From Pristiophorus japonicus (lineage: Eukaryota), in contig NC_092007.1 in assembly GCF_044704955.1 (NCBI RefSeq), forward strand, positions 3,720,001-3,784,000: DNA of 64,000 bases, given 5' to 3'. Of this stretch, positions 50,210 through 63,466 are shown piece by piece; the stretch's first letter is position 1, and each line of letters starts with the position of its first letter. The notes under the pieces are model-generated. The model saw only the letters and a program-made list of their open reading frames with translations, ran no database searches and was not told where the DNA came from. The position numbers and the translations under genes are program-made.

Positions 50210-50500
50210 TTTACCTACGTGTTTGTTGGGTTGTATTTGTTGTGGTAAGGAAGGCTGACTGAAGTGCATAGACCATAAACAGGTCTAGGCAGCGGGCGGT
50301 TGAGGGGGTTGTCCAGCCCGACTGCCTGCCTCTCTGCCGTGGCCACGTTCGCGCCAGGGTGCTCCTGGAGATGGAGCAAGCGGTGCCCACTGGTACGCTC
50401 GAGGCCTTCCATGAGAGGTGGGCACCGGAGGGAGTGGAAGATGTCATCACCCCCGGAAACCAATTTGGCATTTGATTTGTATGGTTTTATTTAATAATTT
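50210..50500 (+). mobile_element. L1/Tx1-type LINE 3' end, degenerate
   Basis: RSRQRAVEGVVQPDCLPL.RGHVRARV.LE.EQAV..GTLEAF.ERWAPEG resembles Tx1-type ORF2 C-termini. Confidence 0.55.
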
Positions 50501-50654
50501 TAGATTGTTTGCAGTGTCTCGTTGTTGTGCTCCTTTAACAAGTGCGCACTTGAATTGTATAATTTAAAACAGTTGACGTGCACAGAGAGTTGTCTACTTT
50601 GATCTGGATAGTGAATCACCATAAGCCACGGATTAAAGCAGGTCACTTCTTGCA

Positions 50655-51330
50655 AACATGCAGGTACAGAAAGCAGTTAGGAAGGCAAATGGTATGTTGG
50701 CCGTCATTGCAAGAGGATTTGAGTACAGGAGCAAGGATGTCTTACTACAGTTATACATGGCCTTGGTGAGATGACACCTGGAATATTGTGTGCAGTTTTG
50801 GTCTCCTTACCTAAGAAGGGATATACTTGCCATAGAGACAGTGCAGCGAAGGTTCACCAGAATGATTCCTGGGATGGCAGGACTGTGGTATGAGGAGAGA
50901 TAGGGTTGACAAGGCCTTTATTCACAAGAGTTTAGAAGTATGAGAGGTGATCTCATTGAAACGTATAACATTCTGATGGGGTTGGACAGACTGGATGCGG
51001 GGAGGATGCTTCCCCTAGCTGGGAAGTCGAGAACAAGGGGTCACAGTGTCAGGATGCGGGGTAGTAAATTTAGGACCGAGACGAGGAGAAATGTTTTCAC
51101 TCAGAGGGTGGTGAACCTGTGGAATTCTCTACCACAGAAGGCTGTGGAGGCCAAGTCACTGAATATATTTAAGAAGGAGATAGATTTATAGACACAAAAT
51201 GCATCATGGGGTATGGGGAAAAAGAGGGAATATAGTGTTGAGATAGAGTATCAGCCACAATCATATTGAATGGCAGTGCAGGCTAGAAGGGCCGAATGGC
51301 CTACTACTGCTCCTATTTTCTATGTTTGCT
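50655..51330 (+). mobile_element. CR1 3' fragment
   Basis: MRGDLIETYNILMGLDRLDAGRM...VVNLWNSLP. Confidence 0.88.
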
Positions 51331-51500
51331 CTGCATGACTCATTAACGATGCCATGACAAATTTTGATTGTCTGTTTGAACACTCCAACATCGTATTGAA
51401 TAAATCAATAAGATGCATCTCTTCTAAAGTTCTTTGTTCAAGTGACTAATTAGTATCAGTGATGATCTCACCTAATCTTCTCACTGGAGACTTCCAAAAT

Positions 51501-51510
51501 TATATATAAA
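51501..51510 (+). promoter_or_regulatory. Candidate TATA box of GPCR gene 3
   Basis: TATATATAAA about 80 bp upstream of the ATG; genes 1 and 2 have a TATATA at a similar offset. Confidence 0.5.
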
Positions 51511-51587
51511 GGATCCCTTGAGTGTTTCACAGAGATAGTGGGAGTTGCTGTCTCCAGCACCAACAGAGTTGTCGCTTCTACCAGAAA

Positions 51588-51657
51588 ATGCATGAACCAG
51601 TAACAGATCAGGTGTACCTTATTTTCTATCCAGTTCTCGGCGCTGTTGGTATCCCAG
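51588..51657 (+). CDS. GPCR gene 3, exon 1
   Basis: MHEPVTDQVYLIFYPVLGAVGIP + G|gtaagt; 70 bp. Confidence 0.9.
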
Positions 51658-51679
51658 GTAAGTTATAGTATTATATACA

Positions 51680-54600
51680 GAAAAAGCTGAAAATCTCAGC
51701 AGGTCAGGCAGCATCTGTGAAGACGTTTTGGGACTGTGACCCTTCACCAGAACTGGAAAAGTTTGAGATGTTGCCTCCCTTGTGCAAGGGTCAAGGATGT
51801 CTCGGAGCGGCTAGGTGGAGTGTGAACAGCCAGTTGTCATGGTGCATATAGGTACCAACGATATGGTTAACAAAATGGGATGAGGTCCTACAAGCTGAAT
51901 TTAGGCAGCTAGGATTTAAATTAAAAAGTAGGACCTTAAAGGTAGTAATCTCAGGATTGATACCAGTGCCACGTGCTAGTCAGAGTAGTAATCGCAGGAT
52001 AGCTCAGATGAATACATGGCTTGAGGTGTGGTGCAGAAGGGAGGGATTCAAATTCCTGGGACATTGGAACCGGTTCTGTTGGAGGTGGGACGAGTACAAA
52101 TCGAACGGTCTGCACCTGGGCAAGACCGGAACCAATGTCCTAGGGGGAGTGTTTGCTCGTGCTGTTGGGCAAGGGTTAAACTAATATGGCAGGGGGAAAG
52201 GAACCAATGTAGGCAGACAGAGGGAAGTAGAATGGGGGCGGAAGCAAAAGATAGAAAGAAGAAAAGTAAAAGTAGAGGGCAGAGAAACCCAAGGCAAAAA
52301 TCAAAAAGGGCCACATTACAGCAACATTCTAAAGGGGTAAAGTGTTTTGAAAGACAAGCCTGAAGGCTCTGTGCCTCAATGCGAGGAGTATTCATAATTA
52401 GGTGGATGAATTAACTGCGCAGGCAGCAGTTAATGAATATGATATAATTGGCATCACGGAGACATGGCTCCAGGGTGACCAAGGCTGGGAACTCGACATC
52501 CAGGGGTATTCAACATTCAGAAAGGATAGACAGAAAGGAAAAGGGGGTGGGATAGCGTTGCTGGTTAAAGAGGAAATTAATGCAATAGTAAGGAAGGACA
52601 TTAACTTGGATGATGTTGAATCTGTATGGGTGGAGGTGCAGAATACCAAAGGGCAGAAAACACCAGTGGGAGTTGTGTACAGACCACCAAACAGTAGTAG
52701 TGAGGTTGGGGACAGCATCAAACAAGGAATTGGGGGTGTGTGCAATAAAGGTACAGCAGTTATCATGGGCAACTTTAATCTACATATTGATTGGGCTAAA
52801 CAAACTGCTAGCAATATAGTGGAGGAGGATTTCTTGGAGTGTATTAGTGATGTTTTCTAGACCAATATGTCGAGGAACCAACTAGAGGTCTAGGCATCCT
52901 AGACTGGGTGATGTGTAATGAGAAAGGACTAATTAGCAATCTTGTTGTGCGAGGTCTCTTGGAAAAGAGTGACCATAATATGGTAGAATTCTTTATTAAG
53001 ATGGAGAGTGACACAGTTAATTCAGAGACTTGGTTCGTGAACTTGAGGAAAGGTAACTTCGATGGTATGAGATGTGAATTGGCCAGAATAAACTGGCGAA
53101 TGATACTTAAAGGGTTGACGATGGCTAGGCAATGGCAAACATTTAAAGGTCGCGTGGATGAACTTCAACAATTGAACGTCCCTCTCTGCAGTAAAAATAA
53201 AATGGTGAAGGTGACTCAACCGTGGCTAACAAGGGAAATTAAGGATCGTGTTAAATCCAAGGAAGAGGCATATAAAGTGATCAGAAAAAGCAGCAAACCT
53301 GAGGACTGGGAGAAATTTAGAATTCAGCAGACGAGGCCAAAAGGTTTAATTAGGAGGGGGGAAATAGAGTATGAGAGGAAACCTGCTGGGAAGATAAAAA
53401 CTGACTGCAAAAGTTTCTATGGATAAGTGAAGAGAAAAAGATTAGTGAAGACAAACATAGGTCCCTTGCAGTCAGCTGAATTTATAATGGGGAACAAAGA
53501 CATGACAGACCAGTTGAACAAATACTTTGATTCTGTCTTCACGAAGGAAGACACAAATAACCTTCTGGAAATACTAGAGGATCGAGGGTCTAGTAAGAAG
53601 GAGGAACTGAAGGAAATCCTTATTAGGTGGGAAATTGTGTTAGGGCAATTGAAGGGATTGAAGGCCGATAAATCCCCAGGGACTGATAGTCTGCATCCCA
53701 GAGTACTTAAGGAAGTTGCCCTAGAAAAAGTATTGGTGATCATTTTGCAACAGTCTATCGACTCTGGATTTGTTCCTATGGACTGGAGGGTAGCTAATGT
53801 AACACCACTTTTTAAAAAAGGAGGGAGAGAGAAACTGGGTAATTATCGACCGGTTAGCCTGACATCAATAGTGGGGAAAATGTTGGAATCAATTATTATG
53901 AAATAGCAGTGCATTTGGAAAGCAGTGACAGGATCGGACCAAGTCAGCATGGATTTATGAAAGGGAAATCAAGCTTGATAAATCTTCTAGAATTTTTTGA
54001 GGATGTAATTAGTAGCGCGTGGTGTACTTGGAATTTCAAAAGGCTTTTGACAAGGTCCCACACAAGAGATTGGTGTGTAAAATTAATGTACATGGTATTG
54101 GAGGTAATATACTGATGTGGATAGAGAACTGGTTGGCAGACAGGAAGCAGAGGGTCGGGATTAATGGGCCCTGTTCAGAATGGCAGGCAGTGACTAGTGG
54201 GGTGCTGCAGGGTTCACTGCTGGCACACCAGCTATTTACAATATGCATCAATGATTTGGATGAAGGAATTGAGTGTAATATCTCCAATCTTTCAGATGAC
54301 ACTAAGCTGGGTGGCGATGTGAGCTGTGAGGAGGATGTTAAGTGGCTGAGGGTGACTTGGACAGATTAGGTGAGTGGCTAATGCATGGCATATACAGTAT
54401 AATGTGGATAAATGAGGTTATCCACTTTAGTGGCAAAAACACAAATGTAGCATATTATCTGAATGGTGGCAGATTAGGAAACGGGGAGGTGCAAAGAGAC
54501 CTGGGTGTCATGGTACATCAGTCATAGAAAGATAGCAAGCAGGTACAGCAGATGGTGAAGAAGGCAAATGGTATGGTATGCTGGCCTTCATAGCTAGGGA

Positions 54601-55730
54601 ATTTGAGTACAGGAGCAGGGAGGGCTTACTGCAGTTGTACAGGGCCTTAGTGAGGCCTCAGCTGGAATATTGTGTTCAGTTTTGGTCTCCTAATCTGAGA
54701 AAAGGACGTTCTTGCTATTGAGGGAGTGCAGCGAAGGTTCACCAGACTGATTCCTGGGATGGCAGGACTGACTTATAAGGAGATACTGGATAAGTTGGGC
54801 CTGGATTCACTGGAGTTTAGAAGGATGAGAGGGATTCTCATAGAAACGTATAAAAGTCTGATGGGACTGGACAGGTTAGATGCAGGAATAATGTTTCCGA
54901 TGTTGGGGAAGTCCAGAACCAGGGGACACAGTCTAATGATAAGGGGTAAGCCATACAGGATGAGACAAGGAGAAACGTCTTCACTCAGAGTTGTTAACCT
55001 GTGGAATTCTCCACCACAGAGAGTTGTTGATGCCAGTTCATTGGATGTATTCAAGAGGGAGTTCGATATGGCCCCTACGGCTAAAGGGATCAAGGGGTAT
55101 GGAGAGAAAGCAGGAAAGGGGTACTGAGGTGAGTGATCAGCCATGATCTTATTGAATGGCGGTACAGGTTCGAAGGGCCGACTGGCTTATTCTGGCACCT
55201 ATTTTCTATGTTTCTATGTTTCTATGTAACAGATTCTTAAGTAAGTGCAGAGGCAATGAAAGTAGGAGGGCAGGGAAGAAAATAAGAGACTGTCTGTGAT
55301 AGGGTGGAAGGCAGGAATGATGTTAGAGGAAAAAGATTGATGAAAGGATGAAATTACATGTTATTGGCACAAGTTAGAAAACAATAGCTGGGGTGTGAAT
55401 GGCGGAATCATCACCAGCTGCCATGGGTAAGAGAGAAAAAAAATAAAGTGGAAAGAGGAAAAAATATGGGCAGAGGATATGGTCTGAAGTAGTTGAAATT
55501 GATGAGTCCGGAAGGCTGTAAATTGCCTAAATGAAAGACAAGGTGCTGTTCCTCGAGCTTGCGTTGAGCTTCATCAGAATCTGTCCCATCTCAGACTTTT
55601 CCAGTTGTGAGGAAGGGTCGGAGCCCCGAAACGTTAACTCTGTTTCTCTCAACAGATTGTGCCTCACCCGCTGAGATTTCCAGCATTTTCTGTTGTTGTT
55701 TCATATTCTAGCATCTGCATTATTTTGCTT
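51680..55730 (-). mobile_element. Penelope-like element 3' end with inverted terminal repeats, split by a CR1
   Basis: 51680-51765 is inverted relative to 55590-55700; the minus strand near 55490-55575 reads EAQRKLEEQHLVFHLGNLQPSGL (GIY-YIG C-terminus). Confidence 0.65.
51770..55226 (+). mobile_element. Long CR1 LINE (ORF1 esterase part + complete but decayed ORF2) in the GPCR gene 3 intron
   Basis: GTND...GLHL, APE IGITETW...SDHN, RT motifs, (TTTCTATG)n tail; multiple stops. Confidence 0.93.
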
Positions 55731-56104
55731 TTGTAATTTATGATATTGTCGGATTTCTCATTATGAAAGACATTGTTTAACTGCCCCGTGCTGTTAAAAC
55801 GTCTCCAATATCATAAGCTCACTGCATTTGTGTATTTGCTAAGTAAACATCTCTTGTGTGGTAGGTGTTTAATTAACAGCGTGTTCTGCATTATGTCTTA
55901 AGTTTACATTTCACATTGGACGTTGTATTTTGATGATGTAGTAATATAGTTGCCTCTCCAAAATAAACAATGTTATCATTTCATTTTGTTTCACTTTTGA
56001 CTTCCACTTGTGGTGCAGAGTCGTGCATAGGGCTAGCTCATAACAGCAAAATTCCTCTGGGTGCAGATAACTGTTCACCATGGGTTCAACAATCATGATG
56101 CTTG

Positions 56105-56405
56105 AAACATAGAAACATAGAAAATAGGTGCAGGAGTAGGCCATTCGGCCCTTCGAGCCTGCACCGCCATTCAATAAGATCATGGCTGATCATTCTCTCA
56201 GTACGCCTTTCCTGCTTTCTCTCCATACCCCTTGATCCCCTTTAGCCATAATGGCCATATCTAACTCCCTCTTGAATATATCCAATGAACTGGCATTAAC
56301 AACTCTCTGTGGCAGGGAATTCGACAGGTTAACAACTCCATGAGTGAAGAAGTTTCTCCTCCTCTCAGTCCTAAATGGCCTACGCCTTATCCTAAGTCTA
56401 TGTCC
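56105..56405 (-). mobile_element. CR1 3' end abutting a SacSINE1-like SINE (56410-56800)
   Basis: AAACATAG tail; Deu-like SINE body follows. Confidence 0.75.
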
Positions 56406-57679
56406 CCTTTCACGACCACCGGATGTCTCAATGCATTTTAAAGCCAATGAAGTACTTTTGGAGTGTAGCCACTGTTGTAATATGGGAATTGCGGCAGCCA
56501 ACTTGTCGCAGAGCAAACTTCCATCAAACAACAATGCGATAAATGAACAGATGACCTGTTTTTTTAAATGTTGATTGAGGTCTAAATATTGGCCCCAGGA
56601 CACCAGGGATAACTCGCCTGCTCTTCTTTGAAATAGTGTCATTGCATTCTTTACGTCCATTTGAGAGAAGACTCTGTTTAATGTCTCTTCTGAAAGACGG
56701 CATCTCCGAAAGTGGAATTCACTCTCAGCACTGCAGTGGAGTGCCAGCCTACAGTTATGTCCTCAAGTTCCTGAAGTGGGACTTGAACCCACAGCCTCCT
56801 CACCCAGAGAAGATTTCAGTCCATTTCACTAATTCATTGCTTGTTGCTAACAGTTACTTTGGCACCTCAAATGTTCTTATTCCTTTGAAGCTGTTTCACA
56901 TTATTAATTACATTCAATAATATAGAATTTACAACACAGAAAAAGGCATTTCATACCAACTATGCCACTTTTATGCTCTAAACGAGCCTCACCCCTCTCA
57001 TAAATTGTAAACTATTTCTGCATATTCTTATGCTTCATATTCTATCCAGGCCACTTGCCTCGATGTTTGCTGCTCCAACAATACCCAAGAAGCTTGACAC
57101 CATCCAAAACAAAGACGCCTGCTTGACTGACACCCCATCTACCACCTTCAACATTCACTTCCTCCACCCCCGACACACCGTGTCTGCAGCATGCACCCTC
57201 TATAAGATGCACTGCAGCACCTCATAAAGCCATGACCTCTACCGCCTAGAAGGACAAGTGCAGCAGGAGCACAGGAACACCATCACCAGCTAATTCCCCT
57301 CCAAGTCACACACCATCCTGACATGGAAGTGTATCACTATTCCTTCATTATCGCTGGGTCAAAATCCTAGAACTCCCTCCTTAACAACAATGTGGGAGCA
57401 CCTTTGCCACACGGGACTGCAACGGTTCAGGAAGGCAGCTGACCATAACCTTCTCAAGGATAATTAGGGATAGGCAATAAATGCTGGCCTTGCCAATGAT
57501 CCCAGGAAAGTAAAAACATATTTTATTTGACATTGACTCGATGCAGATAATGCCTCCTTATTTCTGAGTGTTTTCTTTTTCTTTTGAATCTTTGCATTTA
57601 TAAGAAAATGCTGATATAGGTGAAAAGATCGATGTACATTGCTCACTGTGACAACATAACACTGAGATGGCTGTGGGGT

Positions 57680-58065
57680 GATCTAATCGAGGTCATCAAA
57701 ATGATAAAGCTTTGATAGAGTGGATGCAGAGAAAATGTTTCCACTTGAGAGGAAGAGCAAAACTTGAGTCCAAAAATATAAGATAGTCACCAAAAAATCC
57801 AATAGGAAATTCAGGAGAAACTTCCTTACACTGAGTGGTGAGAATGTGGAACTCGCTACCACAGGGAGGGGTTGAGGCGAATAGTATCGAGGCATTTAAG
57901 GGGAGGCTGGACAAGCATATGAGGGAGAAGGGAATAGAGGGTTATGCTGATAAATTTACACGAGCAAAGACAGGAGGAGGCTCGAGTGGAACGTAAATGC
58001 CAGCATGGATTGGTTGCGTCGAATAGCCTGTTTCTCTGTCATATTTCCAATGCAATCCTGTGTAA
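57680..58065 (+). mobile_element. Old CR1 3' end
   Basis: Similar to 20850-21200 and 63470-63820. Confidence 0.7.
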
Positions 58066-58149
58066 TAGTTTAACCACGTGCTTTGCAGATTGACGCTTTT
58101 CTGGAAATGCCGCCAATAACAATATCCGTTTTTTAACCCATTGCGGCAG

Positions 58150-59051
58150 TTAACTTAGTGGCAATAGTGATCCTGTCTCGAGGAAAGTGCGGTCTCTCCA
58201 GATGCATCAGTTGCTACCTGGTCTCCATGGCAACGGCGGATCTACTGGTCGTTCTCACCAGCGTGGTGTGGAGCCGGATAATTGGCGTTTATTTCCCAGC
58301 CAGCTTCCTGTCCATCACGCCACTGTGTCGCCTCAAAACTGCCCTGATTTACGCCGCCAAAGACAGCTCAGTCTGGTTAACTGTTGCTTTCACCTTTGAT
58401 CGATATGTGGCAATTTGCTGCCAGAAGTTGAAAACCATATATTGCACCAAGCAAACGGCAAGTGGGATGGTGGGGGCGGTCTTTGCTCTGAGCTGTTTGC
58501 GAAACATCCCCTGGTACTTTGCCTTTAAACCTCTGTATTTCATTGACAATGTACCCTGGTATTGCACCTTCGAATCTAGCTTTTATTCTTCACCCGCATG
58601 GAGAGCATTTTCCTTCCTGAACCATATTTTAACCCCGTTTGTTCCGCTGATTTTGATTGCCCTATTCAACGTACTGACCGTGAAGCATATCTTTGTGGCC
58701 AATCAAATCCGCAAAGCTCTCCATGGCCACAAGAATGGCGATATTGAGAATGATCCCGAGCTGAAGACTCGCAGAAAATCCATCATTTTACTTCTTACTA
58801 TATCAGGCAGTTTTATCCTGTTGTGGATGACTTTTGCTGTGCATTACTTGTACCATCGAATTACAAACACGTATAACTACACAGGCTCCGACGACCCTAT
58901 ATATATTCTCCAGGAAGCTGGGTACATGCTCCTACTTTTGAGCTGCTGCACGAACACATGCATTTATGCAGTGACCCAGACTAAATTCAGAGAGGAGTTG
59001 AAGAATTTAGTGAAATATCCAGTGGTGTTAATTGTGAAATTGTTTAAATAG
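58150..59051 (+). CDS. GPR139/GPR142-like GPCR, gene 3, exon 2
   Basis: cggcag acceptor; FTFDRY, NTCIY; 902 bp, 323 aa with exon 1; AATAAA at 59128-59133. Confidence 0.92.
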
Positions 59052-60622
59052 TGTGAAAGTAATAGAGACACTAATATTGACACATATTCATGGCATAGTG
59101 TCTCTTTAAGACTGAACATGTTCCATTAATAAACTTGTAGACTGGGCATATACTTGGCAAATGAAGTTCAAAACACATAAACTGAGGTATTACATTTTGG
59201 TAGGAAGAATAGGGAGGTCACTTATTGCTTGGAGGGTGCGAGTCTGGGTGGGGTAGATGAACAAAGGGATCTCGGAGTACAAATACACAAATTATTAAAC
59301 TTGCAACACAGGCCAACAATGTCATAAAAAAGCAAACCAAGCACTCGGGTTTATTCGAGAGGGATAGAATTGAAAAGTAGTGAAGTTATGTTAAACCTGT
59401 ATCGAACCTTGGTTCGACCACACTTGGAGCACTGTGTACAGTTCTGCTTGCCATATTATAAACAGGATATAGAGGCACTGGATAGGGTGCAGAGACGAGT
59501 TACAGGGATGATACCAGAAATGCGAGGGTGTACATATCAGGAAAGGATCAACAGACTGGATCTCTTTTCTCTCGAAAAAGGAAGGCTGAGGGGATGACTT
59601 AACATAGAAACATAGAAACATAGAAAATAGGTGCAGGAGTAGGCCATTCGGCCCTTCTAGCCTGCACCACCATTCAATGAGTTCATGGCTGAACATTCAA
59701 CTTCAGTACCCCATTCCTGCTTTCTCGCCATACCCCTTGATCCCCCTAGCAGTAAGGACCTCATCTAACTCCTTTTTGAATATATTTAGTGAATTGGCCT
59801 CAACAACTTTCTGTGGTAGAGAATTCCACAGGTTCACCACTCTCTGGGTGAAGAAGTTCCTCCGCATCTCGGTCCTAAATGGCTTACCCCTTATCCTTAG
59901 ACTGTGACCCCTGGTTCTGGACTTCCCCAACATTGGGAACATTCTTCCTGCATCTAACCTGTCTAACCCCGTCAGAATTTTATATGTTTCTATGAGGTCC
60001 CCTCTCATTCTTCTGAACTCCAGTGAATACAAGCCCAGTTGATCCAGTCTTTCTTGATAGGTCAGTCCCGCCATCCCGGGAATCAGTCTGGTGAACCTTC
60101 GCTGCACTCCCTCAATAGCAAGAATGTCCTTCCTCAGGTTAGGAGACCAAAACCGTACACAATACTCCAGGTGTGGCCTCACCAATGCCCTGTACAACTG
60201 TAGCAACACCTCCCTGCCCCTGTACTCAAATCCCCTTGCTATGAAGGCCAACATGCCATTTGCTTTCTTAACCGCCTGCTGCACCTGCATGCCAACCTTC
60301 AATGACTGATGTACCATGACACCCAGGTCTCTTTGCACCTCCCCTTTTCCTAATCTGTCACCATTCAGATAATAGTCTGTCTCTCTGTTTTTACCACCAA
60401 AGTGGATAACCTCACATTTATCCACATTATACTTCATCTGCCATGCATTTGCCCACTCACCTAACCTATCCAAGTCGCTCTGCAGCCTCACAGCATCCTC
60501 CTCGCAGCTCACACTGCCACCCAACTTAGTGTCATCCGCAAATTTGGAGATACTACATTTAATCCCCTCATCTAAATCATTAATGTACAGTGTAAACAGC
60601 TGGGGCCCCAGCTGAGAATGAC

Positions 60623-61384
60623 GTGAGTATCACGTGTAGCGAGTTGGTCTTACCGCAGGAGAAGGGTCCACAGCCAGCGAGGGAATGGAAGACCAGCAGG
60701 AAGAGTAGTGCAAGGAAGGTAGTGCAGGGGTCCCCTGTGGTCATCCCACTGCAAAACAGATACACTGCTTTGAGTGCTGTTGAGGGGGATGACTCATCAG
60801 GAGTGGGCAGCAGCAGCCAAGTTCATGGCACCGTGGCTGGCTCTGTTGCACAGGAGGGCAGGAAAAAGAGTGGGCGAGCGATAGTGATAGGGGATTCAAT
60901 TGTAAGGGGAATAGATAGGCGTTTCTGCGGCCGCAACCGAGACTCCAGGATGGTATGTTGCCTCCCTGGTGCAAGGGTCAAGGATGTCTGGGAGCGGGTG
61001 CAGGACATTCTAAAAAGGGAGGGAGAACAGCCAGTTGTCGTGGTGCACGTTGGTACCAATGACATAGGTAAAAAAAGGGATGAGTTCCTACGAAATGAAT
61101 TTAAGGAGCTAGGAGCTAAATTAAAAAGTAGGACCTCAAAAGTAGTAATCTCGGGATTGCTACCAATGCCACGTGCTAGTCAGAGTAGGAATCGCAGGAT
61201 AGCTCAGATGAATACGTGGCTTGAGCAATGGTGCAGCAGGGAGGGATTCAAATTCCTGGGGCATTGGAACCGGTTCTGGGGGAGGTGGGACCAGTACAAT
61301 CCGGACGGTCTGCACCTGGGCAGAATCGGAACCAATGTCCTCGGGGGAGTGTTTGCTAGTGCTGTTGGGGAGGAGTTAAACTAA
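60623..61384 (+). CDS. CR1 ORF1 SGNH/GDSL esterase domain (5'-truncated)
   Basis: IVIGDSIVRG, VHVGTND, DGLHL. Confidence 0.88.
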   Translation: MSITCSELVLPQEKGPQPAREWKTSRKSSARKVVQGSPVVIPLQNRYTALSAVEGDDSSGVGSSSQVHGTVAGSVAQEGRKKSGRAIVIGDSIVRGIDRRFCGRNRDSRMVCCLPGARVKDVWERVQDILKREGEQPVVVVHVGTNDIGKKRDEFLRNEFKELGAKLKSRTSKVVISGLLPMPRASQSRNRRIAQMNTWLEQWCSREGFKFLGHWNRFWGRWDQYNPDGLHLGRIGTNVLGGVFASAVGEELN

Positions 61385-61461
61385 TATGGCAGGGGGATGG
61401 GAACCAATGCAGGGAGATAGAGGGAAACAAAAAGGCGGCAAAAAAAAAAGACAGAAAGGAG

Positions 61462-63466
61462 ATGAGGAAAAGTGGAGGGCAGAGAAACCCAAGGCAAAGA
61501 ACAAAAAGGGCCATTGTACAGCAAAATTCTAAAAGGACAGAGGGTGTTAAAAAAACAAGCCTAAAGGCTTTGTGTCTTAATGCAAGGAGTATCCGCAATA
61601 AGGTGGATGAATTAACTGTGCAAATAGATGTTAACAAATATGATGTGATTGGGATTACGGAGACGTGGCTCCAGGATGAGCAGGGCTGGGAACTCAACAT
61701 CCAGGGGTATTCAACATTCAGGAAGGATAGAATAAAAGGAAAAGGAGGTGGGGTAGCATTGCTGGTTAAGGAGGAGATTAAGGCAATAGTTAGGAAGGAC
61801 ATTAGCTTGGATGATGTGGAATCTATATGGGTAGAGCTGCAGAACACCAAAGGGCAAAAAACGTTAGTGGGAGTTGTGTACAGACCTCCAAACAGTAGTA
61901 GTGATGTTGGGGAGGGCATCAAACAGGAAATTAGGGGTGCGTGCAATAAAGGTGCAGCAGTTATAATGGGTGACTTTAATATGCACATAGATTGGGCTAA
62001 CCAAACTGGAAGCAATACGGTGGAGGAGGATTTTCTGGAGTGCATAAGGGATGGTTTTTTAGACCAATATGTCGAGGAACCAACTAGGGGGGAGGCCATC
62101 TTAGACTGGGTGTTATGTAATGAGAAAGGATTAATTAGCAATCTCGTTGTGCGAGGCCCCTTGGGGAAGAGTGACCATAATATGGTGGAATTCTGCATTA
62201 GGATGGAGAATGAAACAGTTAATTCAGAGACCATGGTCCAGAACTTAAAGAAGGCTAACTTTGAAGGTATGAGGCGTGAATTGGCTGAGATGGATTGGCG
62301 AATGATACTTAAGGGGTTGACTGTGGATGGGCAATGGCAGACATTTAGAGACCGCATGGATGAACTACAACAATTGTACATTCCTGTCTGGCATAGAAAT
62401 AAAAAAGGGAAGGTGGCTCAACCGTGGCTATCAAGGGAAATCAGGGATAGTATTAAAGCCAAGGAAGTGGCATACAAATTGGCCAGAAATAGCAGCGAAC
62501 CTGGGGACTGGGAGAAATTTAGAACTCAGCAGAGGAGGACAAAGGGTTTGATTAGGGCAGGGAAAATGGAGTATGAGAAGAAGCTTGCAGGGAACATTAA
62601 GACGGATTGCAAAAGTTTCTATAGATATGTAAAGAGAAAAAGGTTAGTAAAGACAAACGTAGGTCCCCTGCAGTCAGAATCAGGGGAAGTCATAACGGGG
62701 AACAAAGAAATGGCGGACCAATTGAACAAGTACTTTGGTTCGGTATTCACGAAGGAGGACACGAACAACCTTCCGGTTATAAAAGGGGTCGGGGGGTCTA
62801 GTAAGGAGGAGGAACTGAGGGAAATCCTTATTAGCCGGGAAATTGTGTTGGGGAAATTGATGGGATTGAAGGCCGATAAATCCCCAGGGCCTGATGGACT
62901 GCATCCCAGAGTACTTAAGGAGGTGGCCTTGGAAATAGTGGATGCGTTGACAGTCATTTTCCAACATTCCATTGACTCTGGATCAGTTCCTATGGAGTGG
63001 AGGGTAGCCAATGTAACCCCACTTTTTAAAAAAGGAGGGAGAGAGAAAACAGGGAATTATAGACCGGTCAGCCTGACATCGCTAGTGGGTAAAATGATGG
63101 AATCAATTATTAAGGATGTCATAGCAGTGCATTTGGAAAGAGGTGACATGATAGGTCCAAGTCAGCATGGATTTGTGAAAGGGAAATCATGCTTGACAAA
63201 TCTTCTGGAATTTTTTGAGGATGTTTCCAGTAGAGTGGATAAGGGAGAACCAGTTGATGTGGTATATTTGGACTTTCAGAAGGCGTTCGACAAGGTCCCA
63301 CACAAGAGATTAATGTGCAAAGTTAGAGCACATGGGATTGGGGATAGTGTACTGACATGGATTGAGAACTGGTTGTCAGACAGGAAGCAAAGAGTAGGAG
63401 TAAATGGGTACTTTTCAGAATGGCAGGCAGTGACTAGTGGGGTACCGCAAGGTTCTGTGCTGGGAT
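61462..63466 (+). CDS. CR1 ORF2 N-terminal part (AP endonuclease + first half of RT)
   Basis: LNARS, IGITETW, GDFN, SDHN, NYRPVSL, DFQKAFDKV; no stops. Confidence 0.9.

Larger units (their letters stand above)
59601..63466. mobile_element. Very young CR1 LINE with 5' inversion: 3' part on minus (59601-60612), 5' part on plus (60613-63466)
   Basis: Plus part ends at GVPQGSVLG; minus part begins LGPQLFTLYINDLD...FADDTKL and ends in the (TTTCTATG)n tail. Confidence 0.93.

Noticed and set aside
61356-62381. 341-aa antisense ORF
   Set aside because: Shadow frame of CR1 ORF2
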